A stretch of DNA of 63,607 nucleotides, filler included, from Octopus bimaculoides (Eukaryota): assembly GCF_001194135.2 (NCBI RefSeq). It is 9 parts of 9 records of this genome, joined end to end, with 100 filler letters (N's around TTAATTAATTAA, not from the genome) between each part and the next. Parts side by side here need not be neighbours in the genome. Positions count along the whole stretch, not along the records: positions 54,152 to 59,931 come from NC_069002.1; positions 60,032 to 63,607 come from NC_068990.1; 7 more parts are not named here. One strand, given 5' to 3'. Within the stretch, counting starts at the first letter, position 1, and every line of letters begins with the position of its first letter. Shown here piece after piece: positions 54,152 through 63,607 of the stretch. The position numbers were made by a program, and so were the translations under genes. Below the pieces are notes generated by a model. That model had not been told where the DNA came from and did not search any database. It saw nothing but the letters and a program-made list of their open reading frames with translations.

Positions 54152-54690
54152 TCCTCCACAGCAAGACACCTGTTTTTGTCCTCATCCCTGATCTCTCTCT
54201 CTCTCCAGGTAACCTTGTACCTCCTCCACAGCAAGACACCTGTTTTTGTCCTCATCCCTGATCTCTCTCTCTCTCCAGGTAACCTTGTACCTCCTCCACA
54301 GCAAGACACCTGTTTTTGTCTCTCTGTCTCACCATAACCTTTTATCATCTGACACAAGATCCCCTCCTCCACTGCCCCCTCCCCGCTCAAAAGATTTTTG
54401 TCTTGCAGGTGCCATGTAAAAAGCACCCAGTCCACACTGTAAAGTGGTTGGCATTTGGAAGGGCATCCAGCTGTAAAAACCTTGCCAAAACTGACCCCAC
54501 CTGTTCTTGTGCCACATAAAAAGCCCAAAGTCCATTCTGCTGAATGGTTGGCATTAGGAAGAGCATCCAGCTGTAAAACTCCTGTCAAAAGAGTCACAGA
54601 AGTCTGGTGCAGGCTTCTGCTTGGCCGGCTTCTGTCAAACCGTCCCACCCATGCCAGCATGGAAGGTAGATGTTAAACGATGATGATGAT
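54152..54690 (+). mobile_element. RTE-type 3' UTR/tail with 70-bp tandem repeat, ending (GAT)n
   Basis: 70-bp period (54221, 54291). gtggttggcatt.ggaag.gcatccagctgt occurs twice. End gatgttaaacgatgatgatgat, as at 34290 and 62135. Confidence 0.8.
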
Positions 54691-54830
54691 GGGCTTCTTT
54701 CAGTTTCTGTCTACCAAATCTTCTCAAGGCTTCAGTCTGCCTAGTTGCTATAATAGAAGAGACCAACCCAAGGTTCCACAAAGTGGGGCTGAACCAAGAA
54801 CACATGGTTGAGCCACATCTGCACCTGTTC
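54691..54830 (-). mobile_element. Degraded CORE-type SINE head
   Basis: gggcttctttcagtttctgtctaccaaatc...cccaaggttccac matches the reverse-strand head. Confidence 0.75.
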
Positions 54831-55753
54831 TGAGACATAAAAGTGTAAATTGTTTTGTTTTAAGCTACTTCTGGTTATATTCTTTTACATTCAACTCAGA
54901 TGTGAAAGCTTTTTAAGCTTTCTGTTACAATTTCAGCATCTTGAATAATTTTCAATCGCAGTTTAGTGACAGAGGCTGATAAGAATAAAAGACAATCGCC
55001 TTAACAAAAGCAGATAGCAAAGCAGATATTTAATTAAGCAAATAAACTGTGTCAAAATAGTGGCACCTAATTTTTAGATGGTTGGATATGTTTGTTGTGG
55101 TAGGAAGAAGGAAGAGCGTAGAACAAAAATTACTAGAAATGTTATCATTTTGGGTGTGTGTATTTTTAATTTTCTTTTTTTGTTTTACATTTTTTTATTC
55201 TATTGTTTATCTTGCTTTTTTTCCTCACTGTTTCCTTTTTACTCACTGCAGACCAGAATATTTACTTGTGTTATTGACAATGGAAGTTTAGGATGGTGTT
55301 TTAGTCTGGACTGCTTTGTTTACGACACTTGAAACTTTCAAGTGCTTCTCAACAGTCACAAATTTGAAGTCTGTTGGCAGGCAGACCAAGGGGCAAGTGT
55401 TGTAATCCATCAACAATTAAGATTCTATTTTGTGATTGACAGCGTTAATAATGCTACTCCAGTGAGTACACAAGACAAATTGAAGTACTACTCAAAGGAC
55501 GAGAAAATTAGTTGGGGTTTTTTTTTTTTAATCCATGAAGTAGAGTATTGATTATATCCAGTTATTTATTGATCCGTTTACATTGTCATTGATTCAACAA
55601 CCAAAAATAAAAAACAAATAAGTAAAAGAAGCAAATAAGATACCAAGAGATGTTGGTAGAAACCAGTTTTAGTTTTTGTTGGCTAATAATTAATCTAGGT
55701 TTCCACACAGCAACATATTTAACTATTTAGCTTTTGGATAGCTCTGTTTAACC

Positions 55754-56104
55754 CAGGGGTTCTCAATCGGTATATATGGCCCCTGAGGTCCATATGAGAT
55801 TTCGTGAGGAGGTCCATGCAATAAAATAGTAAATTGAGGACCCATGATAGTATTTTAAGGGCCCCCAAAGAGATTTTGCTTGAGATGTATGTATTGGTGT
55901 GTGTTGCAAGAAACAGCTTGGTTTCATTCTCTAACATTTTACCATAGTTCAACCTACACAAGTGAATGTGTGGAAAACAAAAGAGGAATTTTGAAAGAAG
56001 TTTCTATAAAACTAGTTTTTAAACATTGAATGACTGTGGAGAGTCCACTAGAATAAAATAGTAACCAAAGGGGTCCGTTGATAAAAAATGGTTGAGAACC
56101 CCTG
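55754..56104. mobile_element. hAT-type non-autonomous element (MITE), copy 2
   Basis: TIRs caggggttctcaa / ttgagaacccctg. 8-bp target duplication gtttaacc (55746-55753) / gtttgacc (56105-56112). Confidence 0.88.
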
Positions 56105-56105
56105 G

Positions 56106-56471
56106 TTTGACCCTTCAACATTCAGATTACTCTGTCAAAAGTAATATTTATCAACATCTTTTAAATTAATCATGGCTTATCTCTTAGCTTTAAAATTCCA
56201 ATGATCCAATTGTTAATTTTTTTTAGAATAACATTTTAGGGTCGGTGTGAGAGGCTTGACCTGGCCAGTTTGTACATAAAACGAGAATATTTGGGGCAGA
56301 TAATGACTGGTTTAAATATAATGCTTATTCATCCACATTGCTTTAAATTAATCCTTCATTATCTTGTAACTTAGAGGTTCCAACAGCATGATTGTTTATT
56401 TTAGGATGACATTGTAGGGTAGGTAAGAAAGACCAGATCTGGCCAGTTTGGTTTAAATGCTAAACGATTAA
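56106..56471. mobile_element. Decayed TTAA-type (piggyBac-like) MITE with internal duplication
   Basis: Ends tt(g)acccttcaacatt / aatgctaaacgattaa. The block ttagaat.acatt.tagggt.ggt...ctggccagtttg is duplicated. Confidence 0.5.
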
Positions 56472-56542
56472 TTGTTCTTATTACATGATAAAAACATCAT
56501 GTGAAATATGATACGATTGTTGGAACCAAGTTATATCTTTTA

Positions 56543-56680
56543 GCCATGGGCATGGCTGTTGTGGTAAAGAAATTTGCTTTGCAGCTTTGAGGTTCCAGGT
56601 TCAGTCCCTCTGTGTGTCACCTTAAGCATATCGTGTTTGAAATCTGGTAGACGGAAACTGTATGGAAGCTCATTATGTAT
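56543..56680 (+). mobile_element. Degraded CORE-type SINE head
   Basis: ggttccaggttcagtccctctgtgtgtcaccttaagca...tggtagacggaaactg. Confidence 0.75.
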
Positions 56681-57005
56681 GTGATTCTGAATAACAAAAT
56701 ATTTACTACTTGCAACTACTGCTACTACTGCTAGAGGTAGAAAGTGAAATAAGGGCCGTGATGACCAGACATCAGGGTATACAGGGTATAAGAAGGTAAA
56801 TAGAAGAGTGTGAAGACAAAAGATCAGGTAGGGTGTGGGAGTAGGGGGAAGAATGTGAGGGGTAGGAGTGACTGGTGAATGATAAACAAGGATAAAGTAT
56901 TTAGGGGATGTAAATATGCTAACACCGGTTGTCAAGTAGTAGGGCCAGGGAGGGGAGCACAAACACAGACAGAAACATAGACATGCACACTGCCATTTGA
57001 TTTTT

Positions 57006-57048
<43 letters not shown>

Positions 57049-57521
57049 CCCTTCATCCTCTTTGATAGTTCCTGGAAGATGAAACACGTAGTGACTTTGG
57101 CAGGATTTGAGTTCTGAACATAAAGAAGATAAAGCAAATTTTTTCCGATGCTTTACCAATTCTGCCTGCTATGGCAGCAGCAAAAGAGAAAAAGAGGACC
57201 GAAAAAAAAATGCCTTCTTCCTGATTATCCTGAATATTTTGTCTTATTTGTACAAGAAACCTGCCAGTTAAAAATTTCTCCACATTATTTTAGCTTCTCA
57301 TAAATTCTGTGAAACACACATTTTGTGTCAATATGTCTCTTGGTTATTTTGGAAAATGAACATACTTATTGTGAAATAACTCGTTAAACATCAAACTAAT
57401 TTACTGAAGAAAGAAGCTAAACATTTCAACCTAAATCTAATAAAACAAGTTGTCGTTATCTGAGTTGTGTTTGAACACAAACTTATATTTGCATTCAGCA
57501 TTCTTACAACTTCCATTTCAG

Positions 57522-58019
57522 AGTAAAGATTGTTTGCCAATATAACATGACAGTCCTGGTTTAGGATGAATGTTGCTGTAATTTAGCCCCAGGAGACATC
57601 GTCTCCAGCTGGCTATATGACACAATCTGTGTCCTTATATTTTCGAACAAGGGAATCTAGCACCCCCACTCAGCTCAAAATAATATCCCAGAAATCGCGA
57701 TTCCCCGGGTTATTTCCCTTTATCAGCACAGAATAATTGTTCAGCTAGAGGTGGCGCTGCCAAATTCCCATTCGAAATATACAGTTTTCAAAGTGACAAC
57801 TCGTCACTGATCTATAAATTAGAAAATTACTATTTTTAAATCTCACGAGAGATGTTCAGTCTCAGTATTTGAGTGGGGGTGCTAGATACCCTTGTTTGAA
57901 AATATAAGGAACAGATCATGTCATATAGCCAGCTGGAGACGATGTCTCCTGGGGCTAAATTACAGCAACATTTGTCCTAAACCAGGACTGTCATGTTATC
58001 TTGGCAAACAATCTTTACT
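57522..58019. mobile_element. Foldback/MITE with ~150-bp near-perfect inverted arms
   Basis: 57522-57672 is the reverse complement of 57870-58019 with few mismatches. Spacer ~197 bp. Confidence 0.85.
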
Positions 58020-58135
58020 ACAAAGTACTGTTGCTGAATATCTCATGTTGTGAGATTTACAAATAGTAATTTTCTCACTTCCATTTTTCCGTTAAGGTTT
58101 TGTTTGTTTGTTTTTTTAATTATCTATTTAATTAT

Positions 58136-58167
<32 letters not shown>

Positions 58168-58174
58168 CTTCCAG

Positions 58175-58250
58175 AGACTGCAAAGATTGTAGGATACTTA
58201 CATTAGGAAATTACGATAAAACCCAAAACTATGCACTGAATGCCGGCAAG
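58175..58250 (+). CDS. Internal exon of the same unidentified gene (76 nt; x-DCKDCRILTLGNYDKTQNYALNAGK)
   Basis: Long poly-T tract + cttccag acceptor, donor aag|gtaagt. Only one of three frames is open. Starts phase 2, ends phase 0. Confidence 0.75.
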
Positions 58251-59079
58251 GTAAGTTTAAACTTTGATGACCCTTTTCTCTCTCTTTCTCTCTCTCTCTC
58301 TCTATTACTTTTGCAAGCCTTTGCAGGGTAGGATAACGAGTGTGATTTCAGGTTCAGGTAAAGGGGCAGGCGCTTTTCAGAAGGGGTCAACTGTGGAAGC
58401 AAATGATTTGGTAAAGTGTTGAGTGCAGGAACTTGATACAGGGGACAGACAGTAAGACATGACACAATAAGGATCAGAGTGGGGTGAGGTTGTAGAGTGA
58501 TCCTTTGTCAAGGGAATATGGAGCTTGGTAGTTCAAAGGAGCAGGGGCCATCATAGTTGTGGTACAAGAGAAAGAGTGCAGAAACAGCTGCTTTGTGTGG
58601 TGGTGGTGGTGGTGGTGGAAGGGGAGGAGATTTCACATCTGTGAACAAACATGCATTTGTGAGAGAATATTTGCTAAACAAAGCCTGACCTAGAACAGAA
58701 AGAAGCTAAAATGGAAAGTGAAAAAGCTTCAACAAACATCAATAGAATATTTCCATTGTTATATACATCGTGACTGCATGTCCCTTAAACAATTATTTCA
58801 ATGATTTATCATTTGGTTTGCAATATATTCAATACTTTGAGACAACAAAACTAGCAAATAACAGTTGAAGTCTATATTTCACTAAATAATATAAAAGCAA
58901 ACAAAAAAAATACAAACATGAATATAATGTGTAATAGATCAACAATAATTTGTTTTTCTCCCTTTCAAAACTCCATTCACAGTCTTCGTTCTTCAATGAA
59001 TTACATGTCACATGTCTCCTGAATGCATCATAAGCAACCACTTGGCCAGATTTTGAGGGTATTTTTCCTGTTTTAGTAG

Positions 59080-59121
59080 ATTATAACAAATATTCTAGAC
59101 AGACCAGTTGCTCCTGCATGA
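59080..59121 (+). CDS. Candidate terminal coding exon A (IITNILDRPVAPA*)
   Basis: Acceptor tttttcctgttttagtag, phase 0 compatible with the 58250 donor. AATAAA at 59586-59591. Competes with candidate B. Confidence 0.35.
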   Translation: MITNILDRPVAPA

Positions 59122-59181
59122 TGTTCGTTTCTCTGTTTCTATAATCAATATTGCAGCTATTGATTTCTTCCACAAAATCAG

Positions 59182-59247
59182 AATGGTGACAGCCCATCTG
59201 AGAAACGAGCCCTGCAAAGTGAGGCGGCTGTTAACAGCAAGTGCTGA
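59182..59247 (+). CDS. Candidate terminal coding exon B (NGDSPSEKRALQSEAAVNSKC*)
   Basis: Acceptor gatttcttccacaaaatcag, phase 0 compatible, locally raised GC. Competes with candidate A. Confidence 0.3.
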   Translation, partial: NGDSPSEKRALQSEAAVNSKC

Positions 59248-60544
59248 TGGCCTTTCTTTGAGGCAATGCCCTTGCTGTTATGTCATCATTCAGACTGGGG
59301 CACATGGCCTGTTAATCCCTCTCACTCCACCCTTTCATCACTTAATTCCATTTTTCTTTCCTTGTGTAGACTGGAGCAATGTGAAACTAAGTGTTTTGCT
59401 CATGAACCCAATGCATCGCCCAGTAGTAGAATCGAAACCACAATTTTATTTTCCCTTTTTTGCTTCCTTGTGGAATTTTGGGGTTGCTGAAGCAAAAGAT
59501 GGCCTTAATTTTATAATAATTTAATCTTTTGCACTTTTATTTATTTTTATTTTTCTCTTCTAATCATTTTATCTTTTTGAGCTCAAATAAAGACTTCTGT
59601 TATATTGCAGCTTCCTATTAAGAATTTTATTAAACATGTTTCCAATTTTTATGCATACCCAGCTCAAGCGGGCATTTTAGTCTAGTTGTGGACAAGGTAC
59701 TCAGTATGCTCTGTAAGGTGTCTAGTGATAGGAAGGACATCCAGCCATAACAAGTATGTCCAAAATAAAAATGTGCCCCCCCCCCCACCTATTTATGAGG
59801 GCAGTAACGTAGAATGAGAACCAACTGGTCTGTGATGACCTGTGAAAAGCAGACATGAAAAATATATTCTATGCATTGGTGATGAGGATTGTGTAATATA
59901 TGTGTATGAACTAATCCATGTCTAGATATATNNNNNNNNNNNNNNNNNNNNNNNNNNNNNNNNNNNNNNNNNNNNTTAATTAATTAANNNNNNNNNNNNN
60001 NNNNNNNNNNNNNNNNNNNNNNNNNNNNNNNTATATATGTGTGTGTGTGTATATATGTATAGTAAAATTTCTTTGTGTATTGTACTGACAGTAGCTTGGA
60101 GTGGTCAGATAAAAGCCCGAGACGGAAGATATAAAAAATGTTAAGGAGAATTCAAATAGGTTCAACAATTTATATAAACATATATTGTAAGACTTTATTT
60201 TATTCACCTTCTCTTAAGTGCATATTTATTTTAAAATATGTTTTACAACGCCGTACTACATCGCCATTTTACAACGCCTTTTAATACGATTGTAATTCTA
60301 AATATCTCCCTATATACCTTTATACAGCTATACTTGTATATATCTACACTTAGATAACTTAATCTCGTGTGTTTATATATGTATATTATTTTTTTATATA
60401 TTCATGTATTAATTGCCTTTTAATATGTTTTAATATTTTAATGATTGATGCATTTGTATATTTAAAGACTGATATACATCTATCCATGGCGCAATATATG
60501 TATTTATATAAATTGTACCTATTTGATTTCTCCTTAACATTTCG

Positions 60545-60600
<56 letters not shown>

Positions 60601-60611
60601 TATATATTTAT

Positions 60612-60765
60612 ACGACGAGCTTCTTTCAGTTTCCGTCTACCAAACTACTAAATGCTCTCACAAGGCTTTGGTCGACCCGAGGCTATATTAGAAGCCAGTT
60701 ACCCAAGGTGCCACGCAATGGGACTAAACCCAGAGCCAATTGGTTGGTAAGCAAGCTTACAGACG
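60612..60765 (-). mobile_element. CORE-type SINE head
   Basis: acgacgagcttctttcagtttccgtctacc...acccaaggtgccacgcaatgggactaaaccc. Confidence 0.88.
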
Positions 60766-60966
60766 TGAGGTATGCAGGGATATTGTATCTGCAGTTCCAT
60801 TATTTAAGCAGAATGGTATAGATATAAGTCCCCGTACCTTGTGTGTAAGCTCCAATAGTAATTGAAATTGGTCATTCCAAGCATAGGATTATAATCAGTG
60901 TTACTGGATCGATCCAATAATAGCGTTTACAAACTCTATGCTTGAAATGACCAATTTTAAGTGTAC

Positions 60967-61058
<92 letters not shown>

Positions 61059-61771
61059 GTGTGTATTTGGGAAACTCTCCTGCCGTATCCTGACGCAAAG
61101 AAAAGATTGTGGTTTCTGAAATTTCTTGCTGAAGAGCCTGCACAGGTGTTTATTTTTATAGTGATCAAATGATCGTGCTGTACAATAGCGCACACCTCTG
61201 TCAAAATGACATTACTTGTACTGTTGCTTAAGAACACAAATCGGTGGGGCGATCATTCCCCGAAACTTGTAAACGTGAGTGCAACGCGCTAACCTCCAGG
61301 ACACTAGCTCTTATCTGCGCGCGCGTGTGCGTGAACTCTGTATGTTTCTGTGCAGCACCGATGTATGCCAAAGAATGTTTTAAAATCAACGAAAAAGTGT
61401 GAGGAACTGACGCTTTCAATTAAGTGGTTTCCTTTGTGTTATTTATCCCTTGCTTACTAATGGCGATCAGATGTCACTCATGATTTCCTGTTACATAGAG
61501 TAAACCAGTAATTGATCTTTGCTTAAGAACAAGCAGTGACACTAACTTTCACTGTAACACGATAACAGGATCCACAGAGTATGTTATCCTTTCAAACCAC
61601 CTAACCACAGGACTCAATCATCGCTACTTAATTGCAAACCACAAGCAACACGTCATTCGTTGAACGATTTTTCCATCCAAGAGAATACAACGGAAACTTA
61701 CCCCTGATAGTCTATAATCTAATCCTTTCTACTGGAGGCAATATCGTAGCTGTGGCCAGTACCCCCTTACT

Positions 61772-62162
61772 GGTTCCCCTGCCAGTGGCACGTAAAAAGC
61801 ACCATCCGAACGTGATCGATGCCAGGCCCACTTGACTGGCTCCTGTGCTGGTGGCACGTAAAAAGCACAAACCGATCGTAGCCGATGCCAGTACCCCTTG
61901 ACTGGCTCTTGTGCTTGTGGCACGTAAAAAGCACCATCCGAATATGATCGATGCCAGGTCCGCTTGACTGGCTTCTGTGCCAGTGGCACGTAAATGGCAC
62001 CCACTACATTCTCGGAGTGGTTGGCGTTAGGAAGGGCATCCAGCTGTAGGAACATTGGGGCCTGGTGAAGCCGTTGGCTCTCCAGGCGTCAGTCAAACCG
62101 TCCAACCCATGCTAGTATGGAAAATGTACGTTAAACGATGACGACGACGATCATGATGATGA
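61772..62162 (+). mobile_element. RTE-type LINE 3' UTR/tail with four tggcacgtaaa units
   Basis: Units at ~62-67-bp spacing, then ggagtggttggcgttaggaagggcatccagctgtag and a (GAT/GAC)n end. Homologous to 33940-34302. Confidence 0.88.
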
Positions 62163-62169
62163 TGGAGGC

Positions 62170-62353
62170 ACAAGGCCTCAAATTTTGGGGAAGGGGTCTA
62201 GTCGATTACATCCACCCCAGTGTTTCACTGGTACTGAAAAGATAAAAGGCAAAGTCGACCTCGGTGGAATTTGAACACAGAACATATCGACGGGCGAAAT
62301 ACCACTAAGCATTTTTACCGGCGCGCTAACGAATCTGCCAGTTTGCCGCCTTA
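62170..62353 (-). mobile_element. tRNA-derived SINE (family of 1154-1366)
   Basis: aaaggcaaagtcgacctcggtggaatttgaac...ggcgcgctaacgaatctgccagtttgccgcc. Confidence 0.85.
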
Positions 62354-62472
62354 AAATGGCCGATACTATAATACAACACATACCACCACAACCACGAACA
62401 GACACCATCATTCCCCACCGACAACTCAAACATCTCAGGTTATACACATTTTTCCTCTTTAACACAGTGTGT

Positions 62473-62560
62473 GAAGGCGTGTGGCCTAGTGCTAAGGGCG
62501 TTGCACTCACAATCGCTAAATCGTGAGTTCGATTCCTAGACCGATCCACTCAGTTGTAAA
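62473..62560 (+). mobile_element. tRNA-like SINE head
   Basis: ggcgtgtggcctagtgctaagggcgttg...gtgagttcgattcctagacc (A- and B-box-like). Confidence 0.6.
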
Positions 62561-63607
62561 TGAACTGGTTTCCCGGAGGGGTGGAGCCATTTGAACGCTA
62601 AAACAATGTAAAGGTCATTGTGACTAACGGTGTATAACGACATCCGATACTGTGGTTGATCACGTGAGCACGTAACATAACACAATATAACCTCTCGCAT
62701 GCTTACCACAACAACCACCTGACGCTGTAGAATACGGGGTGCGGCAGAAGTAACAGCCTCTTTGCATTTAATAACTTTTACAGTATATAAATGTTTATTT
62801 AGTAATTTTTATTGAACACAAATTTATTGCATTACTTAAAGAAACGAATAATAAACTAATGAAACGAGACTCAGTTAGACAGAGACTTAGGTAGAAACTA
62901 AAAAATGAAATTCAGTTGGAAAATAGTAAAGTCAAATACAAAAGGTGTTACGTCTACGACACCCTCTAAATCATACTTCGTACCATCCGCCGTCTAACGT
63001 AATAACATAACGCAAATTGCTACCATTTGTTCAGGCGAAAGATGCAAAGCAGTAAAATAGCTCCGGAGAGAAAGAAAAACAGAAAAAGGAAACTGCACAA
63101 CAAAAAGAAGCTGATGTAGCGTGCAAACAAAAATTCTCACTGACACGAACAACAACAACAACAACAACAACATGACTGCACACTTAAACATATACGTGCT
63201 CATGGTGGGGAATCCGAAGCTGACAATTGACTGTTGCACACACAAAAATAATAATTTTCAAAACAAAAAATATATATATATTTAAATTTATCTGATTGTC
63301 TGGAATAAAATATTAGGTGACAAAAAAGTAGATGAAAGATATGTGTTATTATTTGACACAAATTATACCTATAGGATTGATTTCTCTACAGGCGTATCCC
63401 TCATTTATCTAAATGAATAAGAATATAGAAACGAAACAAAATGTCTCGCGAAATATTCAGAGGTGCTAAACAAAATTTTCTTAACACATATTATCAAGAT
63501 CACCTGTACAAAATACTGGAAAATATGGTGGAAGTGGGTAGAAACCTTATAGAAATCAATACTGTGAATAGATAATATGCAATATTCATACATAGATCGG
63601 AAGAGCG

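Noticed and set aside
57069-57290. Possible missing exon after the poly-T at 57001-57046
   Set aside because: The acceptor is good, but no strong donor gives the needed phase before an in-frame stop.
4943-59987. Recurrent TTAATTAATTAA as a biological motif
   Set aside because: It is always centred in 100-nt N gaps, so it is an assembly linker.
61772-62010. CRISPR-like periodic repeat (tggcacgtaaaaagcac every ~62-67 bp)
   Set aside because: The intervening segments are homologous to each other, the array is part of an RTE 3' UTR also present at 33940-34140, and there are no cas genes in this eukaryotic context.
62733-63607. Possible Tc1/mariner left end (ta-cggggtgcggcagaag) and downstream transposase remnant
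   Set aside because: No partner TIR within the window and no recognisable transposase motif.

Overview
AT-rich, gap-ridden eukaryotic draft-assembly sequence. The dense (TA)n/(CA)n/(GATA)n microsatellites and the SINE/LINE complement point to a coleoid cephalopod, most likely Octopus (inference, no database search). Most of the window is intronic or intergenic repeat. It holds at least four tRNA-headed SINE families, decayed fragments of RTE, CR1-type, L1/Tx1 and Penelope-like retroelements, a mariner transposase fragment, and several non-autonomous TIR elements (hAT-type, TTAA-target, a 150-bp-arm foldback). The only host-gene evidence is two well-bounded + strand exons (53929-53991, 58175-58250) and candidate terminal exons near 59.1-59.2 kb, encoding a protein I do not recognise. 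Nearly all long ORFs in the supplied track are artefacts of N-gaps and microsatellites. I found no intact novel multi-gene system. The most interesting signals are structural RNA/DNA features: hammerhead-ribozyme-like relics, a near-perfect intronic foldback just upstream of an exon, and an inverted Penelope duplication.
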